42,055 nt of DNA from a virus (Duplodnaviria > Caudoviricetes). Below, piece by piece: positions 28,138 through 37,861 of this stretch. The translations under genes were made by a program, and so were the position numbers. Where the stretch lies: positions 1 to 42,055 of IMG/VR virus record IMGVR_UViG_3300020120_000284, one strand, 5' to 3'. The notes under the pieces were generated by a model. That model worked only from the letters and a program-made list of their open reading frames with translations, did not search any database and was not told where the DNA came from. How positions within the stretch are numbered: position 1 is the stretch's first letter; each line of letters starts with the position of its first letter.

Positions 28138-29331
28138 GTGTCCGAAGGTAGCTCTGTATCGATCCAGGAATTGGGGGGAGACAAGCGACTCCTGGAATTG
28201 CGGGGACCAGGTCAGCCATTCAAAGGGGCCACTTGGAAGGGTACTCAAAAGGTTATCACAAGTTGGTACCCGGGTAACGCCATTGAGGCGACCCAGCAGG
28301 TCCTGGGACCCCAGGAGGAGCCGTCCGAGTGGGAGGGTGAGTGGAACCGCACGCGCCTGGGCCGCACCCCCTGTCTGTTCGTCGACGGCAACGGCAGTCA
28401 GACGAAGGTGGTGTCGCCGACCTTCCTGAACGACGTGATGGACGACTTCCGGATCCGGGGGTCGAAGCTAAGGGTCACCTGGACGGTCGTCGACGACAGC
28501 GGAACCCCCCGGGCCTCGAAGGTACGGGAGGGACGGCTGGCGTCGTTCGAGGTGCAGGTCGATACGGCCTATGACTTCCGGTGGAAGGCCAAGTTCGATT
28601 GGAGTGGGCGGGGCGGCACCCAGCAGAAGGTCGTGGCGACCCGCGACGGTGACCTCGACTCGTCCGTCAGGGCCATGACGTCCGCGTACAACGACTTCGT
28701 CGCGACGGCCGCGCGCGCCAAGCTCGTGACGTCCAGGGCAACGCTCTTGAAAGCGCCAACGACCCTGTCGCTCGGTCAGCTCGAACAGCTCACGCAGGTG
28801 CCCATCAAGCTGGTGGAGGCGGCGCTCCGGCCCATCGGTAAGGCAACGGCCGACCTCGCCCAGCTCGGCAACATCGTGGCGTCGGTCCGGGCCATCCCGT
28901 TCCAGATCGCAAACGCCGCGCTCGCCCGCGCGAATGATGCGATCGCCGTGGCCAACCAGTTTCACGACAAGATGGCGAGGCGTCCGGCCGAGCTCAACAC
29001 CACCAAGTCGAGTGTATCGGCGCTGACGCGGGCGTCCCGGTACTTCTGGCAAACCACGGGTTCGGCCGAGCAGGTGGCGCAGCAGGCCCAGGCGTTGAAG
29101 GCGCGGCTGACGTCCGGCGGCAAGCACCCCAACGACGTGCAGCCCCGCCGGACCGTCGCGATCCACGTCGTGAAGGCGGGCGATACGTTGCCGGCGATCT
29201 CACAGCAGTATTTCGGTACGCCCGACCGCGCCACCGACATCGCGCGCGCCAACCGTCTGCCCTGGCACCAGAACGCCCTGAACCTCGGCCGGACCCTCGT
29301 GATCCCACTGGTCGACTCAAACAAGAGCTAA
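28138..29331 (+). CDS. LysM-domain tail tube initiator/baseplate protein
   Basis: C-terminal HVVKAGDTLPAISQQYFG..IARAN LysM; follows tape measure. Confidence 0.75.
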   Translation: MSEGSSVSIQELGGDKRLLELRGPGQPFKGATWKGTQKVITSWYPGNAIEATQQVLGPQEEPSEWEGEWNRTRLGRTPCLFVDGNGSQTKVVSPTFLNDVMDDFRIRGSKLRVTWTVVDDSGTPRASKVREGRLASFEVQVDTAYDFRWKAKFDWSGRGGTQQKVVATRDGDLDSSVRAMTSAYNDFVATAARAKLVTSRATLLKAPTTLSLGQLEQLTQVPIKLVEAALRPIGKATADLAQLGNIVASVRAIPFQIANAALARANDAIAVANQFHDKMARRPAELNTTKSSVSALTRASRYFWQTTGSAEQVAQQAQALKARLTSGGKHPNDVQPRRTVAIHVVKAGDTLPAISQQYFGTPDRATDIARANRLPWHQNALNLGRTLVIPLVDSNKS

Positions 29332-29566
29332 TTCTTCGCGACCACCACCCACTGTTCGCAGTACAGCCGTATCTCAGGGTGATCGTGCTTGTTGATGAAC
29401 ACCCTGGCTTTATTTACTGTTAGCATCGTTCCAGGAACGGCTAGAACAGAGCCATCGAAAGGGTCGCCAATTCTTGGCCGTGGTGTTCGAGGATGCGATG
29501 ATCCCGGACCATCCTCATGATCGAGAAGTTGCTGCTTTTTTCGGCGACAATGCGGTGGGGGAGAAA

Positions 29567-29600
29567 CCAGGGAGATAACTTGCTCCCTGGCTCTTTCCTT
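29567..29600 (+). terminator. Hairpin CCAGGGAG/CTCCCTGG with pyrimidine tail
   Basis: 8-bp stem, 8-nt loop, followed by CTCTTTCCTT. Confidence 0.45.
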
Positions 29601-29680
29601 GCCTCACCCGACCACACCTAGCCCGACCCGACCATATCGCGCCTTAACAGGTCTTGCCCAGCTTTGCCGCGCCTCATCAA
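29596..29680 (+). repeat. Degenerate pentanucleotide array (RYCNN)
   Basis: tcctt gcctc acccg accac accta gcccg acccg accat atcgc gcctt aacag gtctt gccca gcttt gccgc gcctc atcaa. Confidence 0.7.
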
Positions 29681-29727
29681 CACCATGGCGCTACCCTAGG
29701 CCATGGCCGAGCGGGAAGCAGGGGAAG

Positions 29728-30351
29728 TTACCGATTGCCGAACTTCGGAGGGGTCGTCAGGGTTTTCTCATCTGACCATCCCTGGCGCTTCCGGTAGCTG
29801 ATGGTCGACACGTGGTACCCGCGGTCTTTGGCCCAATCGACTGCACACATCGTTCGTCCCTCGAAGGTCAACCAAACGTTCGACCTTCTGTTACGACTCT
29901 GCGCGCCTGAAAGTGCCCAGATCACGTTTTCTGGTTCGTAATCACGATCGTTGTTTTTTCGCTCTAGCGTGTGAAGCGGGGAAGGTGGGGGCCCAACATC
30001 ATCAAGAAATGCAGTGAAGCTTTTCTTCCATCGGTCGCAGACCTTAATTCCGCGGGCACCGTAATCCTTGTACTTTGAGACTAGGGGGTTCGAACAGCGT
30101 TGTTTCATTGTCTGCCAACGCATGTACATCGGGTGCCAATTTTTTCGTCCCCCAGTAGTCAAACCATGGGTAGTTAGGGCAGCGCGAGAACGTTCTTTCC
30201 TGATATGCCCGCAGGAAATCACTTTTTTACCAAGAACATCCGTGCGCTGGACCTCCTTCTCAACCCCACAAGAGCAGCGGACGCGAATGTATCGCCGACG
30301 CTCTGCTGGTCCAAGGATGGTAAGTTCGCCGTATGGTGATTCGGGTTCCAT
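29728..30351 (-). CDS. HNH homing endonuclease (family A, copy 4), antisense
   Basis: VRCSCG..SCGH..YGARGIKVCDRW..TLERKNNDRDYEPENVIWA. Confidence 0.85.
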   Translation of the reverse strand: MEPESPYGELTILGPAERRRYIRVRCSCGVEKEVQRTDVLGKKVISCGHIRKERSRAALTTHGLTTGGRKNWHPMYMRWQTMKQRCSNPLVSKYKDYGARGIKVCDRWKKSFTAFLDDVGPPPSPLHTLERKNNDRDYEPENVIWALSGAQSRNRRSNVWLTFEGRTMCAVDWAKDRGYHVSTISYRKRQGWSDEKTLTTPPKFGNR

Positions 30352-30366
30352 GCGAGAGCTTAGCAC

Positions 30367-32157
30367 ATGCCTGAAAAGGAAAGTCTTTCACAGGACTATT
30401 TTCCCTCAGCGAAATTGCGGTTGATCATCCGGTTCGAAGAATTCGGGCGGGTCCAGCTGGTCAAGAGCAAGGCACCGGTGAAACTTGCCCATACTTTGCG
30501 TGGTACGACGTCAACGCGAGGTGCCATGACGGTCGAGAAGGATCCGACGGCGCCGGCTGGGACGACCCGTTACCTCGTGTTGCCGGCGAGCGGTGCGGCT
30601 TCCGGGGGCCCGCAGAAGGAGGACGCCAGCACCGATCAGCTGACGTGGCCGATCGGTGGGATCATCCCGAAGGACGCCTCTTGGAAATTAAACGGCATCA
30701 GAACGGCCAGCGAGCTCAAAACGACGATCAAATTCGTCGACATGCCGTTCGATCCCCGGTGCATCCGGTCGTGTGCGGTCGAGTACTACTTGGGCACGCT
30801 GGCGGAGCGCGACTACTTCGATGGGGTCGGCGGGGCCGTCAGGGGTGCGTCCGATCGCAACGGCGCGGGCGGCGAGAGTCTGTTGATCCTGCCGGACCAG
30901 TGGGTCGATCAGAACGGGAGGATCCGCACGAACCTGCGGTTTCAGGGATGGGTGGACGAGTGGGAGGTCGAGTGGCCCGACGAAGACGAGCCGCGCGTCA
31001 CGCTGACGTGTCGCGACAACACCAAGGTGCTGATCGACCAGGAGGCCCCCCACAAGCTGGTGATCGCGGCCAACAAGCCGATTGACGAGGCGATCGCCGC
31101 CTACATCGCGAACTTTCCGCAGTGCGCGGGCCTGTCGGTGGAGTATCGGCCCGGCGGGATCGATCCCCCGAAGCTTGGGCCAGCGCTCGCCAAGACGGCG
31201 TTCAAGCCGAAGCTCGGTCCCACGCCGACGGGCGGCGGGGGCGGCGGTGGAAGTTCGAGCAAGCTGTCGGTGTGGGACTACCTGACGGACGTCTGCGGAT
31301 CGCTCGGCCAGATCATCCGGATGGACGGCACCGTCATCGTGGTGCAGGAGCCGCGGTCGCTGTTGTCGACGGAGGCGCCCGCGCGCGCGGACGATCCCTT
31401 CACGACCCGAACGGTCGCGGGCCTCACGATGCAGCACCGACACTTCATCTACGGGCGCAACGTCAAGAACTACAAGATCGCGCGTCGCTTCGGCAAACAA
31501 GCACCACAAAACGTGGAGGTCCGCAGCTACAGCACGCTGCGCAAGACCATGCTGGTGGAGCGGTATCCGCTGAAGGGTCAGTCGATCGTGACGGACGCCA
31601 ACCCTGGTGACGGCCATAGCGAGCAAAAGTATTTGGTCTGGAGGGTCCAGGGCATTACCGACCGCAAAGTCCTGCGGGTGATCGCGCAGTCCGTGTACGA
31701 GACGGTCGGGCGCAATGAGTTGTCCGTCAACATCCAGACCCACAACCTCGCGAGCTTCGGTGGTGACAACACCGATCCCGACATCCTCGACATGAAGGTG
31801 GGGGACCCGGTCGAGCTGTTGGTCGCGCGCGACCAGGACTACAACAGTCTGACCAACATCGAACAGAACATGCTGATCGCCGAGAGTGGGAAGTTGCTGT
31901 TGGAGGCGGCCGGTTATTCCGCCGGCATCGCCGATGCTTACGCCAAGGTCTACGGAGACTCGGGGTTTCAATCGACCTTCAGGACTCGGGACTTTGCGGT
32001 CGACTGGAGCATCGAGGACGGCGTCGCCATCACGGTCGGGGCCGTCAACTACATCGAGGTCCGGGCCGACAAGGTGCTGCCCCAGGGCGAGCAGCAGCTC
32101 CAGAACTACGGCGGCAGTAGCGTGGCGACCAACCAGAAGCAGCCAGGGACGACCTGA
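30367..32157 (+). CDS. Baseplate hub protein (gp27/gpD-like)
   Basis: 596 aa; FQGWVDEW..TLTCRDNT; position before spike. Confidence 0.65.
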   Translation: MPEKESLSQDYFPSAKLRLIIRFEEFGRVQLVKSKAPVKLAHTLRGTTSTRGAMTVEKDPTAPAGTTRYLVLPASGAASGGPQKEDASTDQLTWPIGGIIPKDASWKLNGIRTASELKTTIKFVDMPFDPRCIRSCAVEYYLGTLAERDYFDGVGGAVRGASDRNGAGGESLLILPDQWVDQNGRIRTNLRFQGWVDEWEVEWPDEDEPRVTLTCRDNTKVLIDQEAPHKLVIAANKPIDEAIAAYIANFPQCAGLSVEYRPGGIDPPKLGPALAKTAFKPKLGPTPTGGGGGGGSSSKLSVWDYLTDVCGSLGQIIRMDGTVIVVQEPRSLLSTEAPARADDPFTTRTVAGLTMQHRHFIYGRNVKNYKIARRFGKQAPQNVEVRSYSTLRKTMLVERYPLKGQSIVTDANPGDGHSEQKYLVWRVQGITDRKVLRVIAQSVYETVGRNELSVNIQTHNLASFGGDNTDPDILDMKVGDPVELLVARDQDYNSLTNIEQNMLIAESGKLLLEAAGYSAGIADAYAKVYGDSGFQSTFRTRDFAVDWSIEDGVAITVGAVNYIEVRADKVLPQGEQQLQNYGGSSVATNQKQPGTT

Positions 32158-33080
32158 TGGACCTGTTGGCAGTACGTGAGGCCTTCGCGGGACCCGCACA
32201 GCAATGGGTGTCGTACGGGATCGTCGACGACGACCAGCCCGACCAGAAGGCCGTGGTGTTCGATCCGGACCACGGACCGCTCGTTTCCGTGACGTTGCAG
32301 CCCAGTGGATCGCCCGTGGTCTGTCGGGTGGGTGGCTGGTGTGCGGGCATCGGGGAGGCCGAGTACTTCCCGTTCATCTCGGGCGATGAAGTGGTGGTGT
32401 TGATTCCCGAGGGGAACGAACGGGCCGGCTGCATCATCGTGTCGCGCGGTTCCAACCAGATCGATCAGTTCCCCACGACCGTCGGCGGTCAGGACGTCAC
32501 CAAGAACACGACGGCGTTCCGTCGGATGCGGTGCCCGTTCGTCTTCGAGACGGCCGACTCTTACCTCGTGAGGGCCGCGACCGCCGGCAACTTCCTGCTG
32601 TTGGAAAAGGCGGGCAACTGCACGTTGTCCGATGGCTTCAAGGACTTCGTGCACGTGGGGGCCGACTTCGTCGGCATGCAGGCGAGCGATCAGGATGGAA
32701 ACCCCACGCTGCTGTTGCAGCTCGACAAGAACAACAACCTCGTGACGATCGAGGCGGGCGACCAGGGTAAGTTCATCGTCGGGGGCGACGGGACGGGCGC
32801 GTGGGTGGCGGCGACCTCCCTGTCGTTTGGGGCCGGCGGGATGGTGCCGTCCGAACACATCACAACGATCGAGGCGATGGCCAACGTGCTGGTGAAGCTC
32901 GGGACACTCGTGGGAGTGCCGTGGACCGAGCTCAACGTAGCGGGGGCCATTGCGGCGGCCGGTGTTGCCCCCATCACGCTCGCAACCCTCGGGGTCATCC
33001 AGACGGCCCTATCGAAGAAAACGCAAAACACCACCGGGCTGCTGCCAAGCGTTGGCTGTCCTGGGATCCTGGGGGGTTAG
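32157..33080 (+). CDS. Baseplate spike (gpV-like)
   Basis: OB-fold-like N-terminus with GDEVVVLIPEG, then short beta repeats. Confidence 0.65.
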   Translation: MDLLAVREAFAGPAQQWVSYGIVDDDQPDQKAVVFDPDHGPLVSVTLQPSGSPVVCRVGGWCAGIGEAEYFPFISGDEVVVLIPEGNERAGCIIVSRGSNQIDQFPTTVGGQDVTKNTTAFRRMRCPFVFETADSYLVRAATAGNFLLLEKAGNCTLSDGFKDFVHVGADFVGMQASDQDGNPTLLLQLDKNNNLVTIEAGDQGKFIVGGDGTGAWVAATSLSFGAGGMVPSEHITTIEAMANVLVKLGTLVGVPWTELNVAGAIAAAGVAPITLATLGVIQTALSKKTQNTTGLLPSVGCPGILGG

Positions 33081-33386
33081 ATGGGAAGTCCTTCGCCGCC
33101 CGATGCACCGACGCCCGCGGCCCAAGCGATCGTCACGGCTGACGCCGGGTTTAGCAACAGTCCGCCCGCCGCCAGTCTCTGCGGGTTCAAGATCCCCAAG
33201 CTGTTCATCAACTTTGGGCTACACATCCCGTTCCCGTCGCTCCCGCCGTTCCCACCGAAGTTCAAGCTGTCGCTCGGCATCAACTGTGATCTCAAGAACC
33301 CGCTGTCGTTCTCGGCGGGGCTCGAGTGGGGCGGTGGGCGGGTCGGCGTCCATGACCCCGATCCCGACGACCAAGACGAAGGCTAA
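33081..33386 (+). CDS. Small Pro-rich baseplate-region protein
   Basis: 101 aa, abuts spike stop. Confidence 0.55.
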   Translation: MGSPSPPDAPTPAAQAIVTADAGFSNSPPAASLCGFKIPKLFINFGLHIPFPSLPPFPPKFKLSLGINCDLKNPLSFSAGLEWGGGRVGVHDPDPDDQDEG

Positions 33387-33394
33387 GATACTGG

Positions 33395-34297
33395 ATGCCG
33401 GATTCTGGATGGGGTTCAGCGCCGTGGGGTGGGTTTCCCTGGGGCCTTGCGGGAGGCGTGACGCCTGCGTCCGTCGAGCTCGCGGAGGCCGTGGCGATCC
33501 GTGAGAACATGGTCCAGCTGTTCTTCGTCGAGGAGCTCGAGTTCACGGGTCTGTTGGGTCTGAACGATGCGAGCTACCCCACGCACTACGCCGTCACGCC
33601 GGTCGCCGGGACCATTGGGTCCGACGGGCTACCGGCCCGGTCGGTCGGTGTCTTGTTGGTCGAGAACGTGGCGGATGGGGGAATCCCCGGCAGCATCGTG
33701 AACCTGACGCTGGACCGCCCGTTGAGTCCCTATCCGGCCCAGTATCTCGTGACGGTGCAAAACCTCGTTACCATCCCGATGACCGTGCTGAACCCGACGA
33801 ACGCCAACGCCACGTTCTTCGGAACCCAGCAGCCCGCCCCCAACCTGACGGTCCAGCAGTCGCTACCGTCGCGCGACATCGCGCACCCCGACACATTGGA
33901 GGCGGCGCTCGACCCCCTGCCCAACGCCCAGGACCCCACGGTCTTGGGGTCGATCCCCACGGGTTCGGACGGTGACTACGCGTTCGACGAGGGCATCGTC
34001 AATCTGAAGAAGCGGGTGTTCCGCCGGCTCACCACGACCAAGGGTCGGTTTCTCCACTTGGGCGCCAGCTACGGCGTGGGCGTCCAGAACTACCTGAAGC
34101 GGCTGAACATCCCGTCGGTGCGGCAGCAGATCGCGGCCGACGCGGAGTCACAGATCTCGCAGGAGCCGGACGTCCAGAAGGTGAAGGTCCGGGTCGTGGT
34201 GTCGGTGGACGTCCCGGAACAATCGAGGTTCGTCATCCTGATCAAGCCGGTCGCCGGTAAACCCGTCCGGTTCGATGCCCCCCTGATCGCACTTTAA
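33395..34297 (+). CDS. Baseplate wedge protein with gp25/gpW-like C-terminal domain
   Basis: RRLTTTKG.FLH..YGVG..QEPDV; precedes gpJ. Confidence 0.65.
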   Translation: MPDSGWGSAPWGGFPWGLAGGVTPASVELAEAVAIRENMVQLFFVEELEFTGLLGLNDASYPTHYAVTPVAGTIGSDGLPARSVGVLLVENVADGGIPGSIVNLTLDRPLSPYPAQYLVTVQNLVTIPMTVLNPTNANATFFGTQQPAPNLTVQQSLPSRDIAHPDTLEAALDPLPNAQDPTVLGSIPTGSDGDYAFDEGIVNLKKRVFRRLTTTKGRFLHLGASYGVGVQNYLKRLNIPSVRQQIAADAESQISQEPDVQKVKVRVVVSVDVPEQSRFVILIKPVAGKPVRFDAPLIAL

Positions 34298-34863
34298 CCA
34301 GTGAGACCGGTGACGACCTGCTGTAGAAATTCTTTGAATTGGAGCACCGTCAAGATCCCGCGCGCGCGGTTGATCCAAGATCCGCACAACACAACGTTTC
34401 CATCTTCATAACCCTTCGTGTTGTCCAACCGGTCGATGGACACGATCCAAAGGTCGGTGAACTCGTGGGTCATGGGCACATGCGTCCAAAAGCACCGACC
34501 TTCTTGCCGGTCCCACAAGGCTTGAAGATACGTTTTATCTATCGTGCAGGGACAATGCTGGCCGTTGCGTTCTCTGGCGGATGAATGTTGGCGAGCTTTT
34601 CGGAGGGTGGTGGTCGCCCAATTCTTGATTGCGTCCCTTCTGGCGCGATCACGATGTTTTTGGGGGTTCTCGGCATATCGGCGGCGGCAGTAGGCCCGCA
34701 CTGCTTCGGAGTTATTTTTGTTGTAGTTTTTGTGGTACTTTCTCGTTTTTTCGGGATGAGAATCCCTCCACTTTTTTTGTTACTCCTTCAGTTCTTCGAT
34801 GTGAGCAGCGCGCCAGTGTCTGTTGTACTGGCGCTGTCGTTCTTTGCGTTCCTCGTCGGTCAT
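34294..34863 (-). pseudogene. His-Me endonuclease with premature in-frame stop, antisense
   Basis: MTDEERKERQRQY..ELKE*QKKW.. continues in frame to GRCFWT..SIDRLDNTKGYEDGNV; TAA at 34782-34780. Confidence 0.75.
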
Positions 34864-34888
34864 GAAGCCCTATGCCACTCTGTGAACC

Positions 34889-36022
34889 ATGGATCTGCCC
34901 TCCCGTCTTGATCTATTTGCTCGAGGAAGGCAATTTGTGCTGCAGCGGGCCGACAAGATCGACCCCGCGCAGGTCGACATCCAGGGGTCCGACGTCAACG
35001 TGTTCGTCGGTTCGACGTCGGTCGTGGCGTTCGAGGTCGTCAAGCAGCTGGCGTACTCGATCAATCGGCTGCTGTTGGACGGCGCCGAGGGCGAAGACCT
35101 CGACCGGTATGCGTGGGACCGGTATCAGCTGGCGCGCAAGGGCGCGAGCCCAGCGGTCGGTACCGTCACGTTTTCGAGGAACTCGGCGGTCGTGGGGGCT
35201 GGGACCGTTCCGGTCGGCACGAAGGTCGCGACCAACGACGGCATCGAATACCTGACGACGACGGCCGCTTCATTTGGTGCGTCCGACCTGGTGGTGTCGG
35301 CAGACGTTCAGGCGGTTCAATCGGGCAAGTCGTTTCAGGTTGGGGCCAACCAGATCGTTAGGATCGGCGCCAACGCCGCTCCCGTCTTCGACCAGACCAT
35401 CGTGGTCAACAACGACCTCCCGACGGCCGGCGGTGAGGACCGCGAGGACGACGAGACGTTCAAGTCGAGGATCCGCGACTTCTGGAACACGGCACGCCGC
35501 GGCACGCTCGCCGCTATCGAGTTCGGCGCCAAGGCTGTGCCGGGTGTGGTGTCGGCCCAAGCGGTTGAGGTCATCACGACCGGCAACACGCCCGCGCGTG
35601 TCGTCCTGCTGTACATCGCGGACAGCAGCGGCGTGGCGAGCCGGGCGCTCGCCAACACGGTGTCGAATTCGCTCGGTGAGTTCCGGGCCGGCGGGATCGC
35701 CGTGATCGTGTCGACCTCGGTCCCGCAGATCGTCGACATCGTGTTGAAGCTGGTGTTCCAGGGGAACGTCGACACCGTCACGCTCAGCGCGGCGATCGTC
35801 GGGTCCGTCATCGAGTTCGTCAATTCGATTCCCGTGAACGCGCCGTTGCTGGTGGCGGATCTTCAAGCCGTGCTGAGTCGGTTCCGGTCCGACGGGTTGG
35901 TCGTCACGACTGACGCGACCACCCCGGCCAACAGCTCGATCGTGTCGCCCACGGGCGACATCGTGCCGGACGCCGGTAAGACGATCCGAACGACATCGTC
36001 CAACGTCACCCTATCGGTGTAG
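34889..36022 (+). CDS. Baseplate J-like protein
   Basis: AEGEDLD, RKGASPA.G.VTF, GGEDREDDETFKSRI, RGT..AI..VPGV motifs. Confidence 0.9.
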   Translation: MDLPSRLDLFARGRQFVLQRADKIDPAQVDIQGSDVNVFVGSTSVVAFEVVKQLAYSINRLLLDGAEGEDLDRYAWDRYQLARKGASPAVGTVTFSRNSAVVGAGTVPVGTKVATNDGIEYLTTTAASFGASDLVVSADVQAVQSGKSFQVGANQIVRIGANAAPVFDQTIVVNNDLPTAGGEDREDDETFKSRIRDFWNTARRGTLAAIEFGAKAVPGVVSAQAVEVITTGNTPARVVLLYIADSSGVASRALANTVSNSLGEFRAGGIAVIVSTSVPQIVDIVLKLVFQGNVDTVTLSAAIVGSVIEFVNSIPVNAPLLVADLQAVLSRFRSDGLVVTTDATTPANSSIVSPTGDIVPDAGKTIRTTSSNVTLSV

Positions 36023-36025
36023 CGG

Positions 36026-37861
36026 ATGACCGCCCCCATCATCCCGACGGACGGCCCTCTTTCGGAAGCTGACCTCCAGCGGATCTGGGAGTCGAGCGTC
36101 GACGACCTGTTCGCCCAACCGCTGACGGAGCTCGGTGACGGCTTTGGGCTCGAGGTGTACGGCCAGATGTTCGCGCAGCTGGCGCGCGTGTCCCGGGCGG
36201 TCGATGTGTCGACGCAAGCGATGTACATCCTGCCGTGGAGCGGCCAGACCAACGATCCGGCTCGAGGTGAAGCGCGCGCGACCGTCACGCTGACGTTCAC
36301 CCGGACCCAGCGGCTCGAGTTGCCGATGGTGGTGACGGGCGACGTCTTCATCGACGAAGAGACGACCGACTGGGGAGACAATCCGGGGGACTCCGGCCAG
36401 GTCGTCAACACGGGTCGCCGCTACACGCTGGTCGAGCCCTTGGTGTTTGCCCCGGGGGTCGCGGGCCCGCTCACGGGGTTGGCCCAGGCTGAACGACCGG
36501 GCTGGGGCTACAACAACCCGCAGCCCGACACGATCGTTGCGGTCGAGCAGGAGGGCGGCGACTTCGTCGGGTTGAACGCGACGGTCGCGGTACCGGCCGT
36601 GAGTTCCGCGACGATCACGGGATCGCCGGAGCCCGACACCTTCATCCCGGCGCACGTGGGTCAGTACTTTCTGCTGACGGCTGGGGCGAACGCCGGGAAG
36701 GTCGTGAGGGCCACGGGCTACGTGGGACCCGTGGCGGGCCAGGGCGGCACCATCCTGGTGGACCGGGAGCTGGCGCTCGACGGAACGTTCGCCGGCACGT
36801 TCTTCGAGGGCGAGGCGGTCGTCCAGGCCGGGACCGGCGCGACCGGTGTGTTCCTGGGGGCAGGCCCGACCGTCATGGTGGTGGCGATCCTGACGGGGCC
36901 GGTGGGTGGTGCCGGCGTAATCACGGGCGTCGTGAGTGGCGCGACCTTCACGCCCACCGCCATCGCGGTGGATTCCGGCCTGACACCCGAGGTAGGGGCC
37001 GCGGCGTGGCGTTCCTTCAGCTGGGCGGCTGACTGGGGCCTCTTGGTGACGAACACGGCCTCGCCCACGGGCGGGCGGCTCGGCGCGCTGGACGAGCTCC
37101 TGGGAGGCGAGCGCAACATCCCGATGGGTGCGGGCGAGGACGACGAGCGATACCGGCGCCGGGGGTCGCGGCCCGCGGACGTCGTGGCGCCCAACGCGAT
37201 CGTTCGCGTGATGAACGGGGCGTTGGCGCCCGTTGGTCTGACCGGGTGCTTCCGGGAGGCGGGACAGTCGACGTTGCCGGGCTTCTACTACGACCGCTCC
37301 GACCTGGGCGATTGGTACGACATGGACGCGTGGGTGCTGAACGGCCCGTTGGACCCGTCGCGCTACGGGTGGTTCGAGGGTGAACCGGTCCAACAGCTTG
37401 ATCCGGTGACCGGGAGGATCGCGACGGGGCGCGCGATCCTGAAGTACGATTTCATCGGTCCCGGGCCCCAGCTCTATCTGGAGTCGGTAGCGGCGGGGTC
37501 CGGGACGTTCGTCGCGTCGTTGCCGATGGTCGGCCAGCGCAGCGGTCGTGCCTATACGCCACCGCCCGGTAACGTCATCGGCGGCCCGGACCCGGCGCTT
37601 CGGTATCGGTACCTGTTCGATTACCTGGAGATGCGGGCGTTCTTCTTGATCGCGGTCCCGACCGTGAACTTCGGGGAGTTCGGGTTCGCGTGGGACGTCT
37701 ACCCGACCGGGGCGTTTGATTCGGCTCCCTTCGCATCCTTCTACGACGGGTTCGCGGCGTCCGCGAGTGCTCTTTACTCGTCGGTCTACCGGTCGATCAA
37801 CCCGATAAAGGCCGGCGGCGTTGGATTTTCAGTCATACGTGACGACGGTCCATGTCCCTGA
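36026..37861 (+). CDS. Baseplate wedge/tail protein (gpI-like position)
   Basis: Follows gpJ; GEDDERYR; C-terminal IKAGGV. Confidence 0.6.
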   Translation: MTAPIIPTDGPLSEADLQRIWESSVDDLFAQPLTELGDGFGLEVYGQMFAQLARVSRAVDVSTQAMYILPWSGQTNDPARGEARATVTLTFTRTQRLELPMVVTGDVFIDEETTDWGDNPGDSGQVVNTGRRYTLVEPLVFAPGVAGPLTGLAQAERPGWGYNNPQPDTIVAVEQEGGDFVGLNATVAVPAVSSATITGSPEPDTFIPAHVGQYFLLTAGANAGKVVRATGYVGPVAGQGGTILVDRELALDGTFAGTFFEGEAVVQAGTGATGVFLGAGPTVMVVAILTGPVGGAGVITGVVSGATFTPTAIAVDSGLTPEVGAAAWRSFSWAADWGLLVTNTASPTGGRLGALDELLGGERNIPMGAGEDDERYRRRGSRPADVVAPNAIVRVMNGALAPVGLTGCFREAGQSTLPGFYYDRSDLGDWYDMDAWVLNGPLDPSRYGWFEGEPVQQLDPVTGRIATGRAILKYDFIGPGPQLYLESVAAGSGTFVASLPMVGQRSGRAYTPPPGNVIGGPDPALRYRYLFDYLEMRAFFLIAVPTVNFGEFGFAWDVYPTGAFDSAPFASFYDGFAASASALYSSVYRSINPIKAGGVGFSVIRDDGPCP

